Positions 30,676 to 40,044 of a stretch of DNA of 64,000 bases are shown here, one piece after another. Made by a program: the position numbers and the translations under genes. Under the pieces are notes generated by a model. It was not told the origin of the DNA, ran no database searches, and saw only the letters and a list, made by a program, of their open reading frames with translations. Source of the DNA: an uncultured Bacilli bacterium (lineage in GTDB: Bacteria > Bacillota_I > Bacilli_A > RF39 > UBA660); assembly GCA_944331715.1 (NCBI GenBank), contig CALVIP010000002.1:3268-67267 (forward strand), in the 5' to 3' direction. Positions within the stretch are counted from its first letter, which is position 1, and each line of letters starts with the position of its first letter.

Positions 30676-31404
30676 CTATAGAGATTTCTTCTTTTGTAAA
30701 ATCAATTTATCGCTTTCTTCTATAATATCTAAATCACAATTAGTTCTAAATCCTTTACTCATCCTCAACTCAACAGATTTATTATTATTAGCATAATCTA
30801 TTAAATCTATATAATAATTAGATAACATATCTCCTGGAAATTTAACATTTAATATATCATATATATCACCTTTTGTTAATACTCCTAGTTTTTTATTAAC
30901 ACTAATCATATCACCTGTAGCATAATAAGACATTGTAATTGAACTTTTTAGTTTTGACAAATTATCTAAATATATATGAATACTTCCAGAATAAATATTC
31001 ATTTCAACTACCTGATTACTATTGTTTCTATTACTAAACTTTGTAGAAAACTCTATTCCATCACAAAAATTATCATCCAATATATTTTTAGCTATCTTAC
31101 CAAATATTTTACTATCCATAATTGTTAAAACTTCATCAGAACAGTAAATTCCTTTTTTCTTTTTAACATTAGCACCAAATAAAGTACTTGAAAATATTCT
31201 ATCTAATCTATTGTGTTTTAAGGTACAATCATAAACTAATCTTTTTGTTTGTGGATTAAATGAAAACGTTAAATTTTCATACTCACTATCAACTCTTGCA
31301 TACCTTTTTAAAGACTCTAACTTTCTTTGAATTTTCTGATACTCAACTCTTAATCCAAATATAACATCACTTAATTGATAAAATTCTTTATTGCCATAAA
31401 CCAT
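30676..31404 (-). CDS. Hypothetical protein, paralogue B of a tandem pair (242 aa)
   Basis: Shares VIFGLRVEYQKIQRKLESLK, GIYCSDEVLTIMDSKIF and C-terminal LILQKKKSL with ORF 29928..30611. Confidence 0.55.
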   Translation of the reverse strand: MVYGNKEFYQLSDVIFGLRVEYQKIQRKLESLKRYARVDSEYENLTFSFNPQTKRLVYDCTLKHNRLDRIFSSTLFGANVKKKKGIYCSDEVLTIMDSKIFGKIAKNILDDNFCDGIEFSTKFSNRNNSNQVVEMNIYSGSIHIYLDNLSKLKSSITMSYYATGDMISVNKKLGVLTKGDIYDILNVKFPGDMLSNYYIDLIDYANNNKSVELRMSKGFRTNCDLDIIEESDKLILQKKKSL

Positions 31405-31481
31405 AATAAATATCTCCTTTGTTTTTATTTACCCATATTATATCTTATAAATAGTGTTTTTTCTACAACATAATAAATTAA

Positions 31482-32780
31482 TTATTTTAATACACTCCAA
31501 TAACCATTTTTATTAGAACCCTCACGTTTTATATATTTCTTGCTTTTTAATGACTGAATAATTTTATTAATATAAGGTTCACTATAATCAGTTATTTTTA
31601 TAAAATCATTAGTTTTATAATAATTATTATTCTTAATTAATGATAATATTTTAGTCTCCGCTTCATTTAAATCAGAATATTCATCTATAGATGTAACATC
31701 ATTTAATAATTCTTTATTAAGTGGTATAGTTACAATAATAGTATGTTCACTTATATAAAAAGCATCTTTTCCATAATTTTTAACAATTAAAGGAATACCA
31801 TGACCAGTTTGATCAATATAATCTAAATCACAAAAAATCTTTAAAAGTTTTTTATTAACAGGTTTTGATACACCAGCAAAAAAATCATCCTTTGTTAATG
31901 CTGATGGTAACCCTCCATTAGATACAATTTCAATTCTATCGTCATAAATATAAACAGCAGGAGGAATTTCCTCAGACCATTTAGTATGAACACAAGCATT
32001 AAGCCATGCTTCTCTAAAAGAACTAAAATCAAAATATTTTTCTTCTATTCTTTGTATTCCACCAAGTTTTACTTTAGTTTCATTAATACTTTCCATATAT
32101 TCCAAAACATTATTAACAGAGAGTAACAAACACTTACCGCCATAATCAGTCCTTTTTAACATAACTGATTTATCAGTTCCTGCAAATGTAACAACTTTAA
32201 TAGATAAATCATTAGAATCCGCTAATAACTCTGCCATTAAATTATATTTATTATCATCTGTTTTTAACCCTAAATTATCTTCAAATTTATCATTATTTAT
32301 TTTAATATCATTAGATATATATAAAGCTTTAAGTATTTTAAATGTCAAATCTTGATTAGATGCATTTCTCTTTACTATATAATCAGGTTCACCATCTTTA
32401 TTTATTAATGCTTTAAGCATCTCTGGAGATAACTGTTTATCTTCATCAAATGATCTACTATAATATTTACCAAAAGCAGAATATGGAACATTATCTCCCT
32501 TAGCATATACTTTAATAATTTTTTTATCTTCTATTAATTCTAATGATATATGTGGAATAATTTGAGGTTTTATTCCCTCAGAAATTTTTCTTGAAACATC
32601 TCTTAAAGTATTTTCATTTAAATCTTTTTGACCAATAACATCACCATTATTTTTCACTCCAAAATACACTGTTCCTTCATTGTGTTTATTAAGCATAGCA
32701 GATAATGATATAATACCATCAATAAGCTCACTTGTACTTTTTTTAAATTCTATTTTTTCAGATTCAATACCTAAATTCAT
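31482..32780 (-). CDS. Schlafen-like AlbA_2 (divergent AAA) + HATPase_c_4 + C-terminal wHTH protein ('RecG-like' putative DNA-binding ATPase)
   Basis: N-terminus EKIEFKKSTSEL...VYFGVKNNGDVIG is the AlbA_2/Schlafen core. The middle FREAWLNACVHTKWSEEIPPAVYIYDDRIEIVSNGGLP matches the HATPase_c_4 domain. The C-terminal tail (KSKKYIKREGSNKNGYWSVLK) is winged-helix-like. Confidence 0.65.
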   Translation of the reverse strand: MNLGIESEKIEFKKSTSELIDGIISLSAMLNKHNEGTVYFGVKNNGDVIGQKDLNENTLRDVSRKISEGIKPQIIPHISLELIEDKKIIKVYAKGDNVPYSAFGKYYSRSFDEDKQLSPEMLKALINKDGEPDYIVKRNASNQDLTFKILKALYISNDIKINNDKFEDNLGLKTDDNKYNLMAELLADSNDLSIKVVTFAGTDKSVMLKRTDYGGKCLLLSVNNVLEYMESINETKVKLGGIQRIEEKYFDFSSFREAWLNACVHTKWSEEIPPAVYIYDDRIEIVSNGGLPSALTKDDFFAGVSKPVNKKLLKIFCDLDYIDQTGHGIPLIVKNYGKDAFYISEHTIIVTIPLNKELLNDVTSIDEYSDLNEAETKILSLIKNNNYYKTNDFIKITDYSEPYINKIIQSLKSKKYIKREGSNKNGYWSVLK

Positions 32781-32815
32781 AGTCTACCTCCTAAAATATT
32801 TTTTTATATTTTATT

Positions 32816-32860
32816 CTATACTTTTTCTATACTTTATTCTATACTTTATTCTATACTTTG
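32816..32860. repeat. Tandem direct repeat, 12-bp unit (CTATACTTTATT) x about 4, in the promoter of the AlbA_2 gene
   Basis: Seen directly in the sequence: ttctatacttt(t/a)ttctatactttattctatactttattctatactttg, lying 36-80 bp upstream of the ATG at 32780. Confidence 0.85.
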
Positions 32861-32940
32861 TCAATTATTCAATTCAAAACAAAAGATTAGATAAAAACCT
32901 AACCTTTCTTTATGTAATGTTACAAAAGTCAATACCTGTA

Positions 32941-32999
32941 TATTAAATTAGTCAGTATAGTCATGTTAAATTAGTCGCTACTATCGTGTTAAATTAGTC
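32941..32999. repeat. Three spaced direct repeats of (T)GTTAAATTAGTC with a 22-23 bp period, immediately 3' of clpC
   Basis: tattaaattagtc(agtatagtca)tgttaaattagtc(gctactatcg)tgttaaattagtc. The last copy overlaps the clpC stop codon. Confidence 0.85.
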
Positions 33000-35286
33000 A
33001 AACCGTTATCTCTTTCTTACCATTATACCAAGCATCAACAATAATAGGAGTAACTACTTCATCTATAACTTTATCAACTCTTCTCGCTCCAAACTTAGGA
33101 TAATTACTCTTCTCTATAACTTTATCCACAATTTCTTTGGATATCTTTATCTTTAAATCTTTCTTTTTAAACCCTTCTATTAATACATTTAATCTTTTTT
33201 CCACAATCCTGTGTATAACATCACTACTTATATCATTAAAGTAATAAATCTTACCTATTCTATTAACAAATTCCACACCTAAAAACTCTTCTATATCTAT
33301 ATTATTCTTACTTTCTGTAAAACCAATAGAATCATTAGAATAACCTAAATTAGTAGTCATAAAAAGAAATACATTATCAAACCTAACCTTTCTACCACGA
33401 GAATCAGTTAATACTCCTTCATCAAGAACTTGTAGAAATAGTTTCATAACTTCACCACTTGCCTTCTCTATCTCGTCAAGTAATATAACAGAGTGAGGAT
33501 GCATTCTAATTGTATCAAGAACAGTTAAATGATTATCAAAACCAACATAACCTGGAGGAGAACCAATAATCTTACTAACAGTATGAGCCTCTTTATATTC
33601 ACTCATATCAAGTCTAATAAAGTTAGATTCTCCATATAGAAGATTAGCAAATTCTTTAACTAATAAAGTTTTACCAACACCAGTTCTTCCACAGAATAAA
33701 AAAGATTCTATATGAGGCTTATCTTGAAATCCAAGTCTAACCTTCTTAACTCTATTACACAAATCAGTAATAATTTCATCTTGTCCTAAAACTATCTTTT
33801 TTAAACTTTTATCTAAGTTATTTATAGTTTTCCTACTACTTTTATTAATCTCATAAACAGGTATCTTAGTCTTTAAATATATAACATCTGCAACCATTTC
33901 TTTAGTTATTTTTTTAGGCTTTCTCTTAGTCATTAGATTAAGTTCTAAGTCATTCTTCTTAGTAAGTAACTCTTTTTCTTTCTCTTTATAAGTAGAAGCT
34001 AAATCAAAGTCTTGTTTCATAATCGCTTTCTTCTTATTACTTATAACTTCCTGAAGTTCTATATTTATTTTAGAAAGAACAGTATCATTCTTATTTTCTA
34101 AAAGTGATGCTTTAGTACAAACTTCATCTAAGATATCAATAGACTTATCAGGTTGATAGTATTCATAAATATAAGTATCACTAAGGTCTACTATTAAATC
34201 AATAATATCATCACTAATACTAACAAAGTGATAGGCTTCATATAAAAGCTTTAGTTTTTTTAATATCTCTTTAGTCTTCTCTTTAGTAGGCTCTTCTATC
34301 ATAATAATTTGAAATCTTCTATTTAAAGCTTTATCTTTTTCTATAAAGTTATAATATTCATAAGTAGTAGTCGCTCCAATTAACTGTATCTTACCCCTTG
34401 CTAAAGCAGGCTTTATAATGTTAGATGCATCAATTGCCCCTTCCGCACCACCAGCACCTACTATAGTATGTACTTCATCTATAAAGACAATAATATCATC
34501 ATTTTCTTCAAGCTCTTTTAATATCTTAGAAACCCTCTCTTCAAACTCTCCTCTATATTTAGTCCCCGCTACTAAACTAGCCATAGGAAGAGATAGTATA
34601 GTCTTCCCTTTAAGTGGTTTAGGAACATTACCTTCTACTATTCTTCTAGCAAGTTCTTCAACAATAGCAGTCTTCCCAACTCCTGCTTCACCAATTAATA
34701 AAGGATTATTTTTACCTCTTCTACACAATATCTCTATTAAACTTTTAATCTCATCATCACGCCCTATAACAGGATCAACCTCATTACCCACAATCTTTTT
34801 ATTAAGATTAACAGCAAAGTCTTCTACAAGTAACTTCTTGTGTATTGCTTTATTACTAACTTTAGAGTCTTTTGAAATAGAGTTATATATCTCATCTACA
34901 TCTATATTTAGACCTATCAAAAGTCTAATTGCAACCCCTTCTCCTTCTTCAAGTATTGCAAGTAATAACTCATTAACACTAACTTCTACTTCACCTTTCT
35001 CTTTACTATTTAGTATAGCAGTCTCTATAACTCTCTTTAACAAAGGAGTATACAAAAACCATTCATTAGATTCTTTACCCACCCCTACTATTCTAATAAG
35101 TTCTTTTTTAAATACTTCATAAGTTATATTGTATGACGCTAGTACTGATACTATCTCTAAATCCTTCATTGAAAGTATAGAAAGAAATAAATGCTCACTT
35201 CCAACATAAGGATGTCTTAAATTATTCATCTCTTTTTTTGCAAGTATCAAAGCTTTCTGTGCTTCTTCACTAAATCTTGAAAACAT
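32998..35286 (-). CDS. clpC: ATP-dependent Clp protease ATP-binding subunit ClpC-like (class I Clp/Hsp100)
   Basis: Duplicated Clp_N N-domain. Two AAA+ modules (GEAGVGKTAIVEELA and GRTGVGKTLLVKEFA). Arginine fingers and sensor motifs present. Confidence 0.88.
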   Translation of the reverse strand: MFSRFSEEAQKALILAKKEMNNLRHPYVGSEHLFLSILSMKDLEIVSVLASYNITYEVFKKELIRIVGVGKESNEWFLYTPLLKRVIETAILNSKEKGEVEVSVNELLLAILEEGEGVAIRLLIGLNIDVDEIYNSISKDSKVSNKAIHKKLLVEDFAVNLNKKIVGNEVDPVIGRDDEIKSLIEILCRRGKNNPLLIGEAGVGKTAIVEELARRIVEGNVPKPLKGKTILSLPMASLVAGTKYRGEFEERVSKILKELEENDDIIVFIDEVHTIVGAGGAEGAIDASNIIKPALARGKIQLIGATTTYEYYNFIEKDKALNRRFQIIMIEEPTKEKTKEILKKLKLLYEAYHFVSISDDIIDLIVDLSDTYIYEYYQPDKSIDILDEVCTKASLLENKNDTVLSKINIELQEVISNKKKAIMKQDFDLASTYKEKEKELLTKKNDLELNLMTKRKPKKITKEMVADVIYLKTKIPVYEINKSSRKTINNLDKSLKKIVLGQDEIITDLCNRVKKVRLGFQDKPHIESFLFCGRTGVGKTLLVKEFANLLYGESNFIRLDMSEYKEAHTVSKIIGSPPGYVGFDNHLTVLDTIRMHPHSVILLDEIEKASGEVMKLFLQVLDEGVLTDSRGRKVRFDNVFLFMTTNLGYSNDSIGFTESKNNIDIEEFLGVEFVNRIGKIYYFNDISSDVIHRIVEKRLNVLIEGFKKKDLKIKISKEIVDKVIEKSNYPKFGARRVDKVIDEVVTPIIVDAWYNGKKEITV

Positions 35287-35360
35287 AAAATTCCTCCAAT
35301 CTAATAATATTGTAAAGATTTTTACTTACTCTAATCAAGAAATAGAAGCCCCAAAAAACT

Positions 35361-35388
35361 GACAAAAAAAAGACCCCTAAGGGTCCAA
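35361..35388 (-). terminator. Rho-independent terminator after the YfcC-like gene
   Basis: Minus strand ggaccc-ttag-gggtc followed by a U8 run. Confidence 0.65.
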
Positions 35389-35393
35389 GATTA

Positions 35394-36872
35394 CTATATA
35401 ATTAGTAATAATACTGTAAATACAATAAATGCTAATACAAGTAATGCTACTAATAGTTTCCAAATATACTTAAACCAATCTTTATAAGAAGTATTAGTAT
35501 AAGCAAGAGTTGCCATTAATGGAATACTTGTAGGAGCTACTAAAGTAACAATACCATATAAAGCTTGGAATATTACAGCAATAAGTTGATAATTATTAGT
35601 ATCAGTAACCACACTTACAAAATATGGTAATACACTATAGAATGCATAAAGTGGATCTCCGTTAAAGATACTAGAAATAACTACAACTAAACCAGTAGTA
35701 AAGATATTAAATCCTTTAGTTAATCCTAAAATAAATTTATAGATAACTAATTGATATGGATCATAAGTAGTAAGTACTAAACATGTATAGATTAGTATTA
35801 CAATTAAAGCAGGTACTAATGCTTTTTTAACACCTTTACCAAATCCATCAAATACATCATCCCATTTAATTTTATAAACAAATTTAAGGATAATGATAGC
35901 AAGTAACATTAGAGTCACTAACTCTACTAAAGTCCAATATCCAAAAGCACTGATTGCCCCTAAAATCTTACCAAAGATAGGGAAACCAAATAATTCAAAC
36001 TCTGTAATAGCAGTAGTTACATCATCAAATAAAGTTATACCGAAAGCACCATTCCAAGGAATAAATCCTAAAATTGTAACTATTAGCATTAAATCTAAGA
36101 TTAAAACTAATGGCCATACTCTAACCTTATGTTTTTTATCTTTAGATTTACTCTTTTCTTTCTCTTTACCTTTAGTACTTTTTTCTTCTTTTACTAGCTT
36201 AACTTCTTCTGGGATAAATTCTTCTTTATCATCAACTTTCTTAGTACTAGCTTTCTTACCAAATTTTAGTGTAAATAAAGCAAGTAAAACTACTCCTAAG
36301 ACTAATAAAACAATTTTAGCCCAGATTAAATCTGTAAGTTCTACTGATAAGTATTGTTGTAATACTTGAGTTGTATTATAAGAGAATGTTGTTCCCATTA
36401 AACCTACAGCAACACTACCTGCAGTAACAGCAACAGCTGTGCTTTTATTATATCCCATCATAAGTACTAATGAAATAACAAATGGGAATAACATTAATAA
36501 TGCTAATTGTAGTCCTGCAAATGAAGTTAAAAATGCAAATAAAGCCATAATTATAATTAAACATATCGCTTCTTTACCTTTAAACTTCTTTACTAAACTA
36601 TCTAGCATTCTTCTATATGCTCCAGTTTTATATAAAACTCCATAGAATCCACCAACAACTAATACAAATAGAGCAACATAACCAAAGTAACCAAATACAG
36701 TTGATTGATATGATAAAATATCAAATAAACCAACTTGATATCTACCAAGTTCTGTATACTCAGTTTGATAAGTTGCACAAGGTAAAATCCATGTTAATAA
36801 AGCAAATAAAAGTAATGTTATAATAACAACTTTAAGTGTATTATGCTTTTTCATATTTTTCTCTCCTTCCAA
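35394..36872 (-). CDS. YfcC/DcuC-superfamily polytopic transporter
   Basis: The N-terminus KKHNTLKVVIITLLLFALLTWILP resembles the YfcC family start. More than 10 TM helices. A central lysine/glutamate-rich cytoplasmic loop (KEEKSTKGKEKEKSKSKDKKHK). Confidence 0.5.
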   Translation of the reverse strand: MEGEKNMKKHNTLKVVIITLLLFALLTWILPCATYQTEYTELGRYQVGLFDILSYQSTVFGYFGYVALFVLVVGGFYGVLYKTGAYRRMLDSLVKKFKGKEAICLIIIMALFAFLTSFAGLQLALLMLFPFVISLVLMMGYNKSTAVAVTAGSVAVGLMGTTFSYNTTQVLQQYLSVELTDLIWAKIVLLVLGVVLLALFTLKFGKKASTKKVDDKEEFIPEEVKLVKEEKSTKGKEKEKSKSKDKKHKVRVWPLVLILDLMLIVTILGFIPWNGAFGITLFDDVTTAITEFELFGFPIFGKILGAISAFGYWTLVELVTLMLLAIIILKFVYKIKWDDVFDGFGKGVKKALVPALIVILIYTCLVLTTYDPYQLVIYKFILGLTKGFNIFTTGLVVVISSIFNGDPLYAFYSVLPYFVSVVTDTNNYQLIAVIFQALYGIVTLVAPTSIPLMATLAYTNTSYKDWFKYIWKLLVALLVLAFIVFTVLLLII

Positions 36873-36922
36873 CTATAATTATACGAAGAATTCCCTTAGT
36901 TTACAAGCTTTTACAAAACTTT

Positions 36923-37624
36923 TTAATGAAATTTTTGTGAATATTTAAAATTATCAAAAAATGATTTAAATAATTTTTTAGAATGTTTATCTTCTAAGTT
37001 AGATTCAGGATGCCACTGTACTCCTATTATAAATTTCTTATCTTTAAGTTCAACACCTTCTATTAGCCCATCACTACTTCTAGCACAGATTAAAGTATTA
37101 TCTAGTTCTGGAACATGATAACTATGTCTAGAATTAACCCATATCTTTTCCTCACCTATAATAGAATAAAGTTTACTATTCCTATCAATTATAACAGAAT
37201 GTACATAATTTTTATTAGGCTCTAAATGATTAATAAGAGTATCATTTTTAATAGTATTATCATACCCAACTTTCTTTTCGCCACTTAATACTTTACTCAA
37301 AACTTGCATTCCTAAACATATTCCAAGTAATGGTTTATCCCTCCTAATAGCATAATCAATAACTACTTCATCAAGCCTATACCAAGTATCCCCTCCAGGT
37401 AAAATAAAGCCATCACACAAATTAAGAACCCTCTCTAAATCTTTAATATCTTCTTCACTATAAAGATTTTTATAAGACAAGTCTTCCTTATCAACAGGTA
37501 ATATTAATATAGGTATACCATCAAACTTAGTAACAGCAATTCTAATTTCTTCAACACAAATAATATTAGATTCTCCACTATATAACCTTCCCACTATTCC
37601 AATAATAGATCTAATCTTAATCAC
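36923..37624 (-). CDS. Class I glutamine amidotransferase-like / peptidase C26 family hydrolase (gamma-glutamyl-GABA hydrolase-like)
   Basis: GICLGMQVL nucleophile-elbow motif with Cys, and a later conserved HPE motif. About 233 aa. Confidence 0.65.
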   Translation of the reverse strand: MIKIRSIIGIVGRLYSGESNIICVEEIRIAVTKFDGIPILILPVDKEDLSYKNLYSEEDIKDLERVLNLCDGFILPGGDTWYRLDEVVIDYAIRRDKPLLGICLGMQVLSKVLSGEKKVGYDNTIKNDTLINHLEPNKNYVHSVIIDRNSKLYSIIGEEKIWVNSRHSYHVPELDNTLICARSSDGLIEGVELKDKKFIIGVQWHPESNLEDKHSKKLFKSFFDNFKYSQKFH

Positions 37625-37858
37625 CTCAAAATAAGATATGAAAAAAGATAAGAATATTTAACTCTTATCCTAATGTTTTAACTAATTGACATATATAATA
37701 CACCATAGTATATTAACTTTTAGAAAGAAGAAATATCTATTAATATTATATTTACTTCTTTTATAAAACTCGTACCGCTATTCGTTTAGGACGTTAGTAT
37801 GAGGCTTAGAACATCATACGCAGTGGCAGAGATTTTTTTTATTATTTAATATTAATTA

Positions 37859-39352
37859 CTACTTCTCTATAGGTTTCATTGTTGGGAATAATATAACATC
37901 ACGAATACTCTCTTGTTCTGTAAAGAACATTACAAGTCTATCTATTCCATAACCAATACCACCTGCAGGAGGCATACCATATTCTAAGGCTTCAATAAAG
38001 TCCATATCTATATCATTCGCTTCTACATTACCTAAATCTTTTTCTTTTAATTGTTCACGGAATCTATCTAACTGATCATCTGGATCATTTAACTCAGTAT
38101 AAGCATTAGCCATTTCTCTACCTGCAATAAATAATTCAAATCTATCAACAAATCTAGGATCATCTTTATTTTTCTTAGTAAGTGGAGAAATCTCTACTGG
38201 ATGTCCATATAAGAAAGTTGGTTGAATTAAAGTTTCTTCTACATACTTTTCAAAGAAAAGATTAATAATATGACCTACTGTCTTTTCATGTTCTTGAACT
38301 TCAATATTATGTTCTTTTGCAAGTTCTAAAGCTTCATCAACAGACATTTCTTTTTTAAAATCAATACCAGTTACATCTTTAATAGCATCAACCATACTAA
38401 TTCTCTTCCATGGTCCTTTTACATTAATATCTTGATTATTCCAATGATAATCCATCTTACCAATAACATTCTCGGCAATATTAACAAACATCTTTTCTGT
38501 TAAATCCATCATACCCTCTAAATCAGAATAAGCTTCATAAACTTCCATAAGAGTAAACTCTGGATTATGTTTAGGATCCATTCCCTCATTTCTAAAGACA
38601 CGACCTATTTCATAAACTCTTTCCATACCACCAACTAAAAGTCTTTTTAAAGGTAATTCTAAGGCAATTCTAAGGTACATATCAAGGTCTTGACTATTAT
38701 GATGAGTAACAAAAGGACGAGCAGAAGCTCCTGTTAATAATGTTGATAAAACAGGTGTTTCTACTTCAACGAAGTCTCTATTATCTAAAAAGTTTTGAAT
38801 AGAACGAATAATCTTTGGTCTTAAGAAAGCAACACGTCTAGACTCATCATTCATCATTAAATCAACATAACGTCTTCTATATCTTTCTTCAACATCAGTA
38901 AGTCCATGAAACTTCTCAGGAAGTGGTCTTAAAGCTTTAACTAAAGGAGTATACTCTAAACATTTAATAGTAACTTCTCCAGTTCTAGTCTTCATAACCT
39001 TACCATAAACACCAACTATATCTCCAATATCAGCAGACTTAAACAATGTATAGACATCTTCTCCTACATCATTAATAGATATATATACTTGAATAGAACC
39101 ACTCTTATCTTTAATAGAGAAAAATGATGCTTTACCCATCTTTCTAATAAACATGATTCTACCAGCTACTCTAACTGTATCAGTCATAGACTCAAAAGCA
39201 TCATGGTCTACACTTTCATACTTTTCTTTAACATCAATAGCATAATCTTCTCTATCATAACGACTACCAAATGGATCATACCCTAACTCTCTTAATTTAA
39301 GAGCCTTATCTCTTCTAACTAATTCTTGTTCTGTTAATTTTCGCTCGTACAT
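37859..39352 (-). CDS. lysS: Lysine--tRNA ligase (class II)
   Basis: N-terminal OB-fold anticodon-binding domain. Class II motifs (FRNEGMDPKHNPEFTLMEVYEAY, GGIGYGIDRLVMFF). About 497 aa. Confidence 0.95.
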   Translation of the reverse strand: MYERKLTEQELVRRDKALKLRELGYDPFGSRYDREDYAIDVKEKYESVDHDAFESMTDTVRVAGRIMFIRKMGKASFFSIKDKSGSIQVYISINDVGEDVYTLFKSADIGDIVGVYGKVMKTRTGEVTIKCLEYTPLVKALRPLPEKFHGLTDVEERYRRRYVDLMMNDESRRVAFLRPKIIRSIQNFLDNRDFVEVETPVLSTLLTGASARPFVTHHNSQDLDMYLRIALELPLKRLLVGGMERVYEIGRVFRNEGMDPKHNPEFTLMEVYEAYSDLEGMMDLTEKMFVNIAENVIGKMDYHWNNQDINVKGPWKRISMVDAIKDVTGIDFKKEMSVDEALELAKEHNIEVQEHEKTVGHIINLFFEKYVEETLIQPTFLYGHPVEISPLTKKNKDDPRFVDRFELFIAGREMANAYTELNDPDDQLDRFREQLKEKDLGNVEANDIDMDFIEALEYGMPPAGGIGYGIDRLVMFFTEQESIRDVILFPTMKPIEK

Positions 39353-40044
39353 AAAACATCCTCCTTCACTGTATCTGCAACTACAACTTCAGTCTTACAG
39401 ACTTTATCATGTAATCCTTGTGCATTCTTAGTAAATGCTATCATTATTAAACTAATAATAAGTACTAAATACTGAATAACACTAAGTAAGCTACTCATAT
39501 TTAAATATAAATCTTTACTTAAGAAAAGCACTAAAGCAATTGTAATAATATTAACTAAAATACTATTATTAATCATACTTCTAATAAGTAAATCATTCAT
39601 AGAAAGTTCTTTATCATTAGTCTTCTTAATTTTAATTTTCATTAACTTCTTACCAAAAGTCTGCCCATTATTATAACATGGATAAACAACATAGTAAAGT
39701 AAACTTATAACAACACCAACTATAGATATAATAACAGTCTGTTTAGATATATCATAACCTAAATCTACCATTTGATTAACATACTCTTCCATAGAAACAG
39801 TACCTTCAACATAACCTTCTAAAACTCTATTTTGCTCATCATAAAGTTTAGTAGCAGTATCATTGACTGGAACAAACATTGTAATTAATGAACAAATTAT
39901 ACTAAGAAGTAATAAATCTATCAAAAATGCAAGTACTCTTTGACTAAACATCGCTTTAATATCAGGACTCTTTTTAACTTTATTTTCTTCCTGCATTTTT
40001 TTCTCTTCATCTTTAATTTTATCATAAACATTTTTCTTCTTCAT
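39334..40044 (-). CDS. RDD-family membrane protein
   Basis: The RVLAFLIDLLLLSIICSLI motif after a charged N-terminus is typical of the RDD family. Three to four TM helices. Confidence 0.6.
   Translation of the reverse strand: MKKKNVYDKIKDEEKKMQEENKVKKSPDIKAMFSQRVLAFLIDLLLLSIICSLITMFVPVNDTATKLYDEQNRVLEGYVEGTVSMEEYVNQMVDLGYDISKQTVIISIVGVVISLLYYVVYPCYNNGQTFGKKLMKIKIKKTNDKELSMNDLLIRSMINNSILVNIITIALVLFLSKDLYLNMSSLLSVIQYLVLIISLIMIAFTKNAQGLHDKVCKTEVVVADTVKEDVLCTSEN

Noticed and set aside
32941-32999. Possible CRISPR array (spaced direct repeats)
   Set aside because: There are only three 13-bp repeats with roughly 10-bp spacers. That is far too short for CRISPR repeats or spacers. There are no cas genes. 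They are better explained as protein-binding sites.
35287-35393. CtsR operator upstream of clpC
   Set aside because: I found no (A/G)GTCAAA heptad direct repeat. Only a plausible TTGATT-18-TACAAT promoter is present. ctsR, mcsA and mcsB are also absent.
34418-36823. ORFs 34418..35122, 35893..36369, 36439..36645 and 36617..36823 on the plus strand inside clpC and the YfcC-like gene
   Set aside because: They are antisense to strong CDSs. Their S/T/L/I-rich products are the mirror-frame artefact of A/T-rich codons.
37780-37858. tRNA or tmRNA in the GC-rich island
   Set aside because: There is no GTTCRA T-loop, no CCA end and no acceptor-stem complementarity. It is kept only as an unexplained structured-RNA candidate.
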